DNA of 64,000 bases from Candidatus Thorarchaeota archaeon (lineage in GTDB: Archaea; Asgardarchaeota; Thorarchaeia; Thorarchaeales; Thorarchaeaceae). The translations under genes and the position numbers were made by a program. The notes below the pieces were generated by a model. It was not told the origin of the DNA. It made no database searches and worked only from the letters and a program-made list of their open reading frames with translations. Positions within the stretch are counted from its first letter, which is position 1. Every line of letters starts with the position of its first letter. The stretch covers positions 1,886-65,885 of the forward strand of contig JBHLRZ010000018.1 of the NCBI GenBank assembly GCA_048882045.1, given 5' to 3'. This document shows positions 19,740 through 28,020 of the stretch, in pieces.

Positions 19740-20693
19740 GTGATTGGAGTGAATAAGAGGAAGTATGTAAGACAGTACAAATGGTCCAACATCTATGCAA
19801 TGATGAGAGGAGGAGGAGGGAAACTAAAAGAGTGCACTGATGATTTTGAAGGACGCTTGGTCGTCATTACAGGTGCAACATCAGGAATCGGGTACGTGAC
19901 CGCGAGAGAGTACGCCTCACACGGTGCGAATCTTCTAGTAATTAATCGAGATGAAGAAAAGTCCAAAGCCCTTTGTGAGGAGATTCGACAAGAATTCCAA
20001 GTAGAATGCGATTACAAGATTGCAGATTTTTCACGGTTAACAGAAGTACGAAAAGTCGCAAAGGAACTTCTGGAATCAGACATAGACATCGATGTCCTTA
20101 TCCACAATGCTGGTATCTACTCAACAGCCAAGATAATCACAGAAGATGATAATGAGCTGGTCTTTCAGGTAGACTATCTTGCGTCTTTTGTCCTGAATTA
20201 CATCCTAAAGGAAAAATTGAAAGCTCAAGGAAAAGTACGCATCATCTTTGTCAATTCAGAAGGTCATCGCTTTGCTGTTTGGGGTATAGGACTGCATGAC
20301 CCCAAATATGAAAAACGTCGACACACCGGTTTGGGAAGCTACGGTGTAGCAAAGACAGCCCAACTTCTATCTATGCTCAGGTTTGCTGAGTATTTCGAAG
20401 ACAGCGGCGTTACCATAAACGCAATGCATCCAGGAAATGTCAAAACCAATAGTGGTTCACAAAATGGTCGGATCTATCTCTGGTATAAGAGGAACATAAT
20501 CAATCGATCTGCGAAAGATCCGCAAATATCTGCAACAGCTTTGTACTATCTCGGGGTTTCAAATGAAGTCGAGGAGATAACTGGGAAGTTCTTCAATCTG
20601 ACCACCGAAGTAGAACCCGCGCCTCCGGCATTGGACCGGGAAGTAGCAGAGGAGCTTTGGCACAAATCAATAGTGATGGCTGGTTTGGAATGA
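19740..20693 (+). CDS. Short-chain dehydrogenase/reductase (SDR) family oxidoreductase
   Basis: VVITGATSGIGYVTAREY (TGxxxGxG), NAG, and YGVAKTAQ (YxxxK). Start probably at the internal MMRGGGG. Confidence 0.8.
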   Translation: MIGVNKRKYVRQYKWSNIYAMMRGGGGKLKECTDDFEGRLVVITGATSGIGYVTAREYASHGANLLVINRDEEKSKALCEEIRQEFQVECDYKIADFSRLTEVRKVAKELLESDIDIDVLIHNAGIYSTAKIITEDDNELVFQVDYLASFVLNYILKEKLKAQGKVRIIFVNSEGHRFAVWGIGLHDPKYEKRRHTGLGSYGVAKTAQLLSMLRFAEYFEDSGVTINAMHPGNVKTNSGSQNGRIYLWYKRNIINRSAKDPQISATALYYLGVSNEVEEITGKFFNLTTEVEPAPPALDREVAEELWHKSIVMAGLE

Positions 20694-22285
20694 GTGAGAA
20701 CAAGCAGAGAACCGTCATTGTCGGCGGTGGCATGGCAGGACTGACAGCAGCTGTGTATCTAGCAAAGGAAGGACATGATATCCTTTTGTTAGAGAAGAAC
20801 AAAGAATGTGGAGGACTCCTCAATTCATTCAGTCGAAACGGATTCACATTCGATGCAGGAGCAAGATCAATCCTGAATGCAGGAGTAATTCATCCTATGT
20901 TAAGAGAACTAGGGATTGAGCTTGAATTCCTTGATAGTCCTGTATCAATAGGGATAGAGAAGGACATTATCAATCTGGATCCAAAAACAGGCTTGGATGA
21001 CTATAGACGATTGCTAGAGAAGTTGTATCCCGAAAGCGTCAACGATGTTGACAAGATCATCTCCAAAATTAAGGTGACAATGAAAGACATGGAAACTTTG
21101 TATGGAATTGATAATCCCAACTTTCGTGAAGAGAAAGACAGAGCCTATCTCAGAGAACTCCTTGCTTGGTTACCGAAATTCCTGATGGCATTACGTCGAA
21201 TAAGCAGACAGGATGAACCTGTTGAATCGTATCTTGGAAGTTTCACTTCAAATCAATCTCTCATTGATATCATAGCCCAGCATTTCTTCAAGAAGACACC
21301 TACGTCATTCGCGTTGGGTTACTTCTATTCCTATACTGATTACATGTATCCAAGGGGAGGAACGGGGGAGTTACCAAAAGCAATGGTACGAAAAATCATT
21401 GAATTGGGAGGAAAGATCCAGACTGATACTGATGTAATTGAAGTCAATCCTTCCGAAAGAATAGTGAAGGACGAGGAGGGCAACATGTATTCATTCAATA
21501 CTCTCATCTGGAGTGCTGATTTGAAAACGTTATACAGAATTTTGGATACAAGTGGGTTGGACAACGAAGTTGCTCATGAGATAAACAAACAGAAGGAGCT
21601 TCTTCTTACAAAACGAGGTTGCGATTCTGTTTATTCATTATTCATTGGTGTGGATGTGCCCTTGGAAACTTTCCGTGCTATTTCAAACGGTCACTTCTTC
21701 TATACGCCATCGAAACAGGGCTTGGGGGAGGTTCATTGGTCTGACCTCGATTCTTTGATAGCGAATTTTGAAACTAAATCAAAAGAGGACGTCTTGCAAT
21801 GGCTGGACAAGTACTGTAAATTAACGACTTATGAAATCTCGATTCCAGCATTTAGAGACTCTACATTGACTCCTGAGGGAAAAACTGGTTTGGAAATAAG
21901 TATGCTCTTCGAATATGATCTAGTAAAGAAAGTCATTGATGCGAATTGGTATGAAGAATTCCGAACTGAGATCGAGAACCGTATGTTGGAAACCATTTCA
22001 AATTCCATTTACCCAGGTTTGAAGGACAATGTAATCTTTCGAACATCTACGACACCACTCACTATTGAAAAAGTGGTTGGAACCTCAGAAGGAGCAATCG
22101 TGGGTTGGTCGTATCTATCGCCCGTTCCTGTTGTTCACGAACTCCGAAAGATTCCTAGCTCTGTTAAGACACCGATTCCAAACGTATACCAAGCAGGACA
22201 ATGGGCATATAGTCCAGCAGGTATACCTACTGCAATCATTACAGGCTGGAATGCCGCCAAAAAAGCAATGAAAACCAAAAAATGA
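20657..22285 (+). CDS. FAD/NAD(P)-binding oxidoreductase of the phytoene desaturase (CrtI-like) family
   Basis: Dinucleotide-binding N-terminus VIVGGGMAGLTAAVYLAKEGHDILLLEKNKECGGL and a C-terminal GQWAYSPAGIPTAIITG. Overlaps the SDR gene. Confidence 0.7.
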   Translation: MAQINSDGWFGMSENKQRTVIVGGGMAGLTAAVYLAKEGHDILLLEKNKECGGLLNSFSRNGFTFDAGARSILNAGVIHPMLRELGIELEFLDSPVSIGIEKDIINLDPKTGLDDYRRLLEKLYPESVNDVDKIISKIKVTMKDMETLYGIDNPNFREEKDRAYLRELLAWLPKFLMALRRISRQDEPVESYLGSFTSNQSLIDIIAQHFFKKTPTSFALGYFYSYTDYMYPRGGTGELPKAMVRKIIELGGKIQTDTDVIEVNPSERIVKDEEGNMYSFNTLIWSADLKTLYRILDTSGLDNEVAHEINKQKELLLTKRGCDSVYSLFIGVDVPLETFRAISNGHFFYTPSKQGLGEVHWSDLDSLIANFETKSKEDVLQWLDKYCKLTTYEISIPAFRDSTLTPEGKTGLEISMLFEYDLVKKVIDANWYEEFRTEIENRMLETISNSIYPGLKDNVIFRTSTTPLTIEKVVGTSEGAIVGWSYLSPVPVVHELRKIPSSVKTPIPNVYQAGQWAYSPAGIPTAIITGWNAAKKAMKTKK

Positions 22286-22306
22286 CTTTACAATGGAGAG
22301 GTCGAT

Positions 22307-22711
22307 ATGTCTGAAGTTACTGAGCTTTCACAGGGGATTGGCAAACGATTATTGATTTGGAGTATCTCCAGTATCACATTTGGGATCGTTATGTACTTTG
22401 GTTCACCAGGTACAATTCTAGGAGGAATTGGTCTTCAGGCTATCATCTGGGGAGCAATCGATGCAGCCATTGCAGCATTCATTCTTTTTAAACAGAAAGA
22501 ACAATCGGTTGAAAAAATCACAAAGACAGTTTCCATCAACATCTATTTGGACGTTATCTACCAAATTGTTGGTATTATCGTAATTGTGTTATACCTTCAA
22601 AATCCATTCTTTGTAGGTAATGGGGTAGGAGTCATCATACAAGGATTCTTTCTCTTAATATTGGACCGCTCTTACCATAGTGCACTCAGGAACATAGAAA
22701 TCTCTAATTAG
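22307..22711 (+). CDS. Small membrane protein (4 TM)
   Basis: 134-aa hydrophobic ORF 22 nt after the oxidoreductase gene. Confidence 0.45.
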   Translation: MSEVTELSQGIGKRLLIWSISSITFGIVMYFGSPGTILGGIGLQAIIWGAIDAAIAAFILFKQKEQSVEKITKTVSINIYLDVIYQIVGIIVIVLYLQNPFFVGNGVGVIIQGFFLLILDRSYHSALRNIEISN

Positions 22712-22818
22712 ATACAGTAAAGACCCAAGAAATGATCCAATTTGGGTGCATCAGGTCTTTTTAGATTGCAAGGAAACTTAATACGTATTGCAGCGAAAGA
22801 ATCAATCCGGGAGATTCG

Positions 22819-24498
22819 TTGCGATCTGAGAGAAATAGGAAATTCGTTACAGCATCTCTATTACTGATATTGATGTTGATTTTGATTGTTACTGTTCAAG
22901 AGAATCGGACACCTACTGCTACCTACGAACTCATACCAGGCAATCCGATGAATGAAGATGAGAGCATAGAGATAACCAGTTCCCAACAACCTCCAGTCAC
23001 ATCAGCCCTTCTCTTGAATGATTCGGTGCTGAGTTCTGATTCCATCTGGATCAAACAACAAAGTACAGATGGGATAGAGCAAACCTATTTTTCAAGACAG
23101 TTTCCTGCTCCTAGGATAAATGTTTCAACAATAACTCTTAGATTGTCTGCAGATGTTGTAGAGGGACCCATCAACATAAACTTGAGATATTATGATTGGT
23201 CCAGTGCCGCTAATGTAAATGGCACTACCGGAGAAACCATAGAGATTATCAAACAAATAGTCCCTGACGATTTGGGGAGGAGTGACCTGGCATGGATTAC
23301 TATTATTCTCAACTCAACAGACACGAGCGTGTTAGATCGTCTATATTTCAGTGCTAGTTTGGCATTCACAACAGACATGTTCCCCATAACTATGGACCTT
23401 CAGAGAACGAATGGCGACAGCCTCTTCGATTTACCTGAGTTCTATTCGATATTTCAAACGAATAAGCGACCCTACGTACAACTTAACGACTACACATTCT
23501 ATTTCAGTCAAATCAATGATACCATTTTCCTTCCAGCTGGAACATATTCTCTATCAGTCAGATGGTCGGGCTACCAACATTCCTTCGGCGATATCCCATT
23601 TAGCAATGAATCTCTTTATCTCGAAATGAGAATCAAGACAATTCGTCTTGATGTTGTATCTTTGCAGAAAGTGCCAGGTATAGCAATCTATGTGGGAAGT
23701 TCATTCTTAGATGAGTTCTACCATTATGAGATTTTGATTGCCGATGAACCATCGTTTTATCTCCCATCAATGAGTCACGAACCAGTCTCAGTAAGGGGAG
23801 ACGTTGATGGGTATTATTGGCCTCACCATTTCACATTCTATATGGATAACTATGAGAACCAAAACATCACTCTCGTTGTAAGTGAAAATTGGATATTGAT
23901 TGGAAATATTGCATTCACTCCTGGCAGGTTTGTGATGTTGATTGCACTCGTTTTGATATTCTTACTCACGATAGCAATAACAAGAAAGCATTTGTTGACC
24001 AGTTCGATCTATCTCCCATTTCTCTTCCTATTCCTCGGGAACATCCTGCCGATGTATCACCTTTCTCAGGTCAGGGATGGGTATCCACAGAGAATTCCAT
24101 TCTTCTCACAATATCTTGAAACGCAGACTGTGTATCCAGGGATGTCTACAGCGGTGACGAACATTAATGGTACAGCCATAACAATATCAGACGCTGGCTA
24201 TGAAGTTGCCATGCAGATTGGATTCATCTCATTGTTCTTGGTGTTCTGTGTCTTTATCACAGTGCTCTATGAGTATGTGAGGAAAGAGTCTGACTTGGCA
24301 GCTCCTGATTTTGTTGTTGTTTCATCCGTTGTTTGCACGCTGGTTATTCAATTAGTGTTCATCATCAATGTGTACCGTTTCTCAATTAATTTCTTCACCT
24401 TTTCATTGGGCCCCAGTTTGGTATTCGTTGCGTTAGCACTATGTACTTGGACCTATCTATACAAACAGCAAGGCAAGTCGATCTTCGAAACCAACTGA
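22819..24498 (+). CDS. Membrane protein: N-terminal signal anchor, extracellular beta-rich domain, C-terminal multi-TM region (paralog A)
   Basis: Shares motifs with the next gene (TMDLQRTNGDSLF vs TIDIQRTNGISLF; LPAGTYSLS vs LPFGNYTLNF). C-terminal ~170 aa hydrophobic. Confidence 0.6.
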   Translation: MRSERNRKFVTASLLLILMLILIVTVQENRTPTATYELIPGNPMNEDESIEITSSQQPPVTSALLLNDSVLSSDSIWIKQQSTDGIEQTYFSRQFPAPRINVSTITLRLSADVVEGPININLRYYDWSSAANVNGTTGETIEIIKQIVPDDLGRSDLAWITIILNSTDTSVLDRLYFSASLAFTTDMFPITMDLQRTNGDSLFDLPEFYSIFQTNKRPYVQLNDYTFYFSQINDTIFLPAGTYSLSVRWSGYQHSFGDIPFSNESLYLEMRIKTIRLDVVSLQKVPGIAIYVGSSFLDEFYHYEILIADEPSFYLPSMSHEPVSVRGDVDGYYWPHHFTFYMDNYENQNITLVVSENWILIGNIAFTPGRFVMLIALVLIFLLTIAITRKHLLTSSIYLPFLFLFLGNILPMYHLSQVRDGYPQRIPFFSQYLETQTVYPGMSTAVTNINGTAITISDAGYEVAMQIGFISLFLVFCVFITVLYEYVRKESDLAAPDFVVVSSVVCTLVIQLVFIINVYRFSINFFTFSLGPSLVFVALALCTWTYLYKQQGKSIFETN

Positions 24499-24504
24499 AT
24501 CATT

Positions 24505-24566
24505 GAAAAGAGAAAGGATGGAAGGAGGCGCGACCAACGCACCTTTGTGGGGTGTGTCACACCCAG
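24505..24566. repeat. Conserved intergenic motif, copy 1 (GAAAAGAGAAAGGATGGAAGGAGGCGCGACCAACGCACC…GGGTGTGTCACACCC)
   Basis: About 85% identical to 26306..26364. The core is shared with 27935..27968. Includes a hairpin (GGGTG-TGTCA-CACCC). Confidence 0.6.
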
Positions 24567-24610
24567 CCCGTTCGAAAGGCTTATACAGATGGCGGAGGAA
24601 ATTTCTTGCG

Positions 24611-26299
24611 GAGGAGAGGTTCATGAGCAGTAAAGCGCCATGGAGTGATGTGTTTGTATCACCTTTAACTCTGTTAATGATTATTCTGCCGATTATTGTA
24701 TTGATAACTCCACCTTTGCCTGCACCTACAGTCACTGTTGAACTAGGTGAAGACTCTGATGACCTCGAATCTCTGTCACTTACTTCAGAACCGTACTCAC
24801 CAAAGTCAATCGTGACCCTGATAAATGAAACAGCTATTGAGAATGGCAATGTCTGGAGAATGTACTTTGATAAGCAGAATGATGTAACATCATATACGCG
24901 CTATGTGAACATCCCATTGCGAAATGCAACTGAAATTATACTTGGAGCATCTTTCAATGTGGAGATTGTTCCGAGAACCATTGGTATCTTCAATGATAGA
25001 GGATCAAACACGACCACAGTCCTTGATCCTCAAAACACATCCCTGATTCTGAAACTTCAACCAGAATTGCTCTGGGAGGGTAGCTTTACAAACCTCGTTT
25101 TAAGAATACTAACAAGCATAGAGATTGGTGGTGAGAAGCTACAAGGAATTGAAATAACAGGATTCTGGCTTCAAGCAGTTTTCGATTCACCTGTTTATCC
25201 ATTAACTATAGACATTCAGAGAACCAATGGGATCAGTCTATTTTCAAATCCCATGATGCGCAATTTACGAGTGCTAAATTTGCCAGACGACATCGGTATC
25301 CCAATATTGGAGTTCATATCCAATGATTCGGTGTATTTTGGAATCTTTGCTCCAACGCAGACTAATGATACTGTGATGTTACCTTTTGGGAACTACACTT
25401 TGAATTTCACATGGATGGGCTATGAACTCAATTCGAGTATTTATTTGTTCGAAGAGCTAAACCATCTAGTCTGGCGAGTGAGATCAATAAGAATGGATGT
25501 AAGAGCTACTAGTAATGTATCCGGATATGGAGTAGACTTCCGAATTGATGGATTGTCCGCCTATCTATTATCAGAAGAACCCTCAATCCTCGTTTCACCT
25601 AAAGGAAACCGCACAATAGATATCAGGTTTCAAGGTCGTACCTGGGGTGCGACGACTAGTGTCGGAAGAAATCAGAACATCACGTTCATAGTAAATCCAA
25701 ATCTCATAATCATTGGACCAATTGCTATTCCACTCATAGAACTTATCCCATTTCTGTGTTTCCTGCTGGTGATATGTGCAATGCTTGTTGGTCTAATGTT
25801 GGGGATAGTCACTCTCAGGAAAGCACTTCCTATCTCTTTGCTTGTTTTGAGCTATATTGTTCCTTGGGTGAATTACATAGATCGAGCAAAACCCCCATAT
25901 ACAATCCTCCATGAGGGGTATTATAATCAGGTTACGCTCTACCCAAGCTCGTTGCTTTATTCAACAACAACCCCAGGCAATTTGTTGTTAATAATGCACG
26001 ATCGTCTGTATTTCTTTCCAGTAATGCTTGCGAGCATATTTCTTCTCATCATCGCTTACGCAGGAATTTCTTCAGATGAAATCGAGTCAAATCATCAATC
26101 AACAAACGGAGTATTCGCAATTTCCACTTTCCTGCTTCTCTGCCTGCAATTGTCCTTTTTCACCCACTTTTCTAGTCTAACCGCCTCCTATGGTTATACT
26201 GCAGTTGTTCCAGGGATTGCACCGTTTATTGTGTTGGCTTCCTTGTTGGTGTGGTGTCTTATCGTTCTTAAGAAACGACAGGAAGCTCATGCTGATTGA
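24611..26299 (+). CDS. Membrane protein paralog B of 22819..24498
   Basis: Probable start MSSKAPWSDVFVSPLTLLMIILPIIVLI, preceded by GGAGGAGAGG. The frame stays open back to 24503/24518, through the repeat motif. Confidence 0.6.
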   Translation, partial: EERFMSSKAPWSDVFVSPLTLLMIILPIIVLITPPLPAPTVTVELGEDSDDLESLSLTSEPYSPKSIVTLINETAIENGNVWRMYFDKQNDVTSYTRYVNIPLRNATEIILGASFNVEIVPRTIGIFNDRGSNTTTVLDPQNTSLILKLQPELLWEGSFTNLVLRILTSIEIGGEKLQGIEITGFWLQAVFDSPVYPLTIDIQRTNGISLFSNPMMRNLRVLNLPDDIGIPILEFISNDSVYFGIFAPTQTNDTVMLPFGNYTLNFTWMGYELNSSIYLFEELNHLVWRVRSIRMDVRATSNVSGYGVDFRIDGLSAYLLSEEPSILVSPKGNRTIDIRFQGRTWGATTSVGRNQNITFIVNPNLIIIGPIAIPLIELIPFLCFLLVICAMLVGLMLGIVTLRKALPISLLVLSYIVPWVNYIDRAKPPYTILHEGYYNQVTLYPSSLLYSTTTPGNLLLIMHDRLYFFPVMLASIFLLIIAYAGISSDEIESNHQSTNGVFAISTFLLLCLQLSFFTHFSSLTASYGYTAVVPGIAPFIVLASLLVWCLIVLKKRQEAHAD

Positions 26300-26305
26300 C
26301 TTCCA

Positions 26306-26364
26306 GAAAAGAGCAAGGATGGAAGGAGGTGCGACCAACGCACCCTTGCGGAGTGTGTCAGACC
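26306..26364. repeat. Conserved intergenic motif, copy 2
   Basis: GAAAAGAGCAAGGATGGAAGGAGGTGCGACCAACGCACCCTTGCGGAGTGTGTCAGACC, located just after the stop of 24611..26299. Confidence 0.6.
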
Positions 26365-26395
26365 ATAAAGATGTGATTGAGGCTCTATATGCAGG

Positions 26396-27100
26396 TCAGG
26401 AGTATCCCAGTGAAGTTCGTAAGATCTTTCTTGCAACCAATGATTGAAGAAGGAAACATAGGAGGATGGAAACGACTACAAATTTCTGCCCTATCGTCAC
26501 AACTAATGATAACTGTACAGAACCAGCTTGATACATTGAATATAGGAAGAAACTAAGAACTAGTCCAAGAGCAACATAGACAGCAGCATATCGATTTGGA
26601 TAACTTTGAGACCATAGTATAGCAGACGTGTGAAAGACAACAATAGGAAGTCCTGAAACAAAAGCTAGAGCACCAAACATCAGATGAGTTTCCATGAACA
26701 GGTCCGATGGTGTTAGAGCTCCGCCAATAAAAGTCAGTGCAAAGAACACACCGATAATGGACCCAAGGACACTGAGTACAAATTGCAGTTTCTCGCCTTC
26801 GAATAATCTGGGAAATGCTATGAAATATGGGACCAACAAAACACCTGTGAAAAGCAATGATACGTTGAATGTGAAGGAAGATACCAGGTTAGGAACATTA
26901 GAATATGCAGTCGTGCGACCTAGGTCACTGAAGAAATTGTAGAGTAATGAGAAACCTGGTGAATTTGGGTCAACTGAAGTGCCTCCAGCATATGTTAGGA
27001 CTGCAACTGGTAGCAAAAGTAAAGCCTGTATCATGCCAATCACGCAAAGGGTAAAGGAATTCTCTTTCCAATTGAGTCTAAAGCTCATCATCATTATCAT
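26396..27100 (-). CDS. Integral membrane protein (6 TM), unknown function
   Basis: 234-aa hydrophobic ORF. Overlaps the upstream RDD gene by 23 nt. Confidence 0.5.
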   Translation of the reverse strand: MIMMMSFRLNWKENSFTLCVIGMIQALLLLPVAVLTYAGGTSVDPNSPGFSLLYNFFSDLGRTTAYSNVPNLVSSFTFNVSLLFTGVLLVPYFIAFPRLFEGEKLQFVLSVLGSIIGVFFALTFIGGALTPSDLFMETHLMFGALAFVSGLPIVVFHTSAILWSQSYPNRYAAVYVALGLVLSFFLYSMYQAGSVQLSLVVTIGQKFVVVSILLCFLLQSLVARKILRTSLGYS

Positions 27101-27911
27101 CCCACCATTTTACACCTGAACTACCATCATCTATCAAGAATGAATCCGATTTCTCTCGTGTGAGAGGTTTCTTATAGTATGAGTCCTTTGTCACTGCTCC
27201 TGCGAGTTGTTGCGTCAACCGAATCTGTCCTAGCTCTTCACTTCTGGAATTAAAGACATATACAAAATAGCCTAGAATCAAATCCAAGAGCAGAAAACAC
27301 TTGCCAATAGCATTGATACTCGCTTCTTTCAATGAGAGTGATCTGCTCATACTCTCATGCATTGTTTCCAAACCCAGAACCAGACGACCTGGTGTCTTCC
27401 CTCCAAAATACGCCTCAAACGTAAAGAAGTATGAAAAACCAACAACTACTACAAGAAGCATTGGTCGCCAAAAATCAAAAACACCAAAAAGCAGAATCTC
27501 TAGGGTCAGGAATGAGATGGCACTTATTGCAAAACCCATAATCAATGTCAGGATAGCTGTAACAGGAGTATAGGGAGCATACGTGAGGGCAAGGAGAATA
27601 GGAGAAATATAAGCTGGATCAATTCCACTCCAAACTATATCAAAGATGAAACATACAAATGACACATCAATATATGCTGCAACACACCTTACAAGTACCT
27701 TTGCGAGATATGTTTCAGACTTCTTACTGAAAATCCTCTCACCAATAACAAGGACAAAGACAGCCAATAATGCTAGACCTCCAAAGAGGAGGGCGAAAGC
27801 GAATACAATTGCATTTGGATCAATCAACAAGAAAGACCTCGCGGTTACCTCTAAGCGCGTTTTGAATAATTCGAGAATTTGTATAAATAACCTAGGATTC
27901 TTGACCTTCAA
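27078..27911 (-). CDS. RDD-family membrane protein
   Basis: Motifs RCVAAYIDVSF and FEAYFGGKTPGRLVLGL fit the RDD signature (R..A..iD … gqTpGkr..Gl). Acidic C-terminal tail. Confidence 0.55.
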   Translation of the reverse strand: MKVKNPRLFIQILELFKTRLEVTARSFLLIDPNAIVFAFALLFGGLALLAVFVLVIGERIFSKKSETYLAKVLVRCVAAYIDVSFVCFIFDIVWSGIDPAYISPILLALTYAPYTPVTAILTLIMGFAISAISFLTLEILLFGVFDFWRPMLLVVVVGFSYFFTFEAYFGGKTPGRLVLGLETMHESMSRSLSLKEASINAIGKCFLLLDLILGYFVYVFNSRSEELGQIRLTQQLAGAVTKDSYYKKPLTREKSDSFLIDDGSSGVKWWDDNDDEL

Positions 27912-27934
27912 ACTATTATGTCCTATATTGAGTT

Positions 27935-27968
27935 GAAAGGAGCAAGGATGGAAGGAGGTTGCGACCAG
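27935..27968. repeat. Conserved intergenic motif, copy 3 (truncated)
   Basis: GAAAGGAGCAAGGATGGAAGGAGGTTGCGACCAG. Sits between the RDD gene start and the pckG stop. Confidence 0.5.
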
Positions 27969-28020
27969 CTCAAAGAGTTATAGGTTGCAACTCTGTAGCA
28001 ACCTCAGTCTCTATACCTTA

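Noticed and set aside
26190-26447. 85-aa ORF spanning copy 2 of the intergenic motif (MEGGATNAPL…)
   Set aside because: Peptide-level conservation between copies follows from nucleotide conservation of the motif. Copy 3 terminates after 11 codons, so it is not a conserved small protein.
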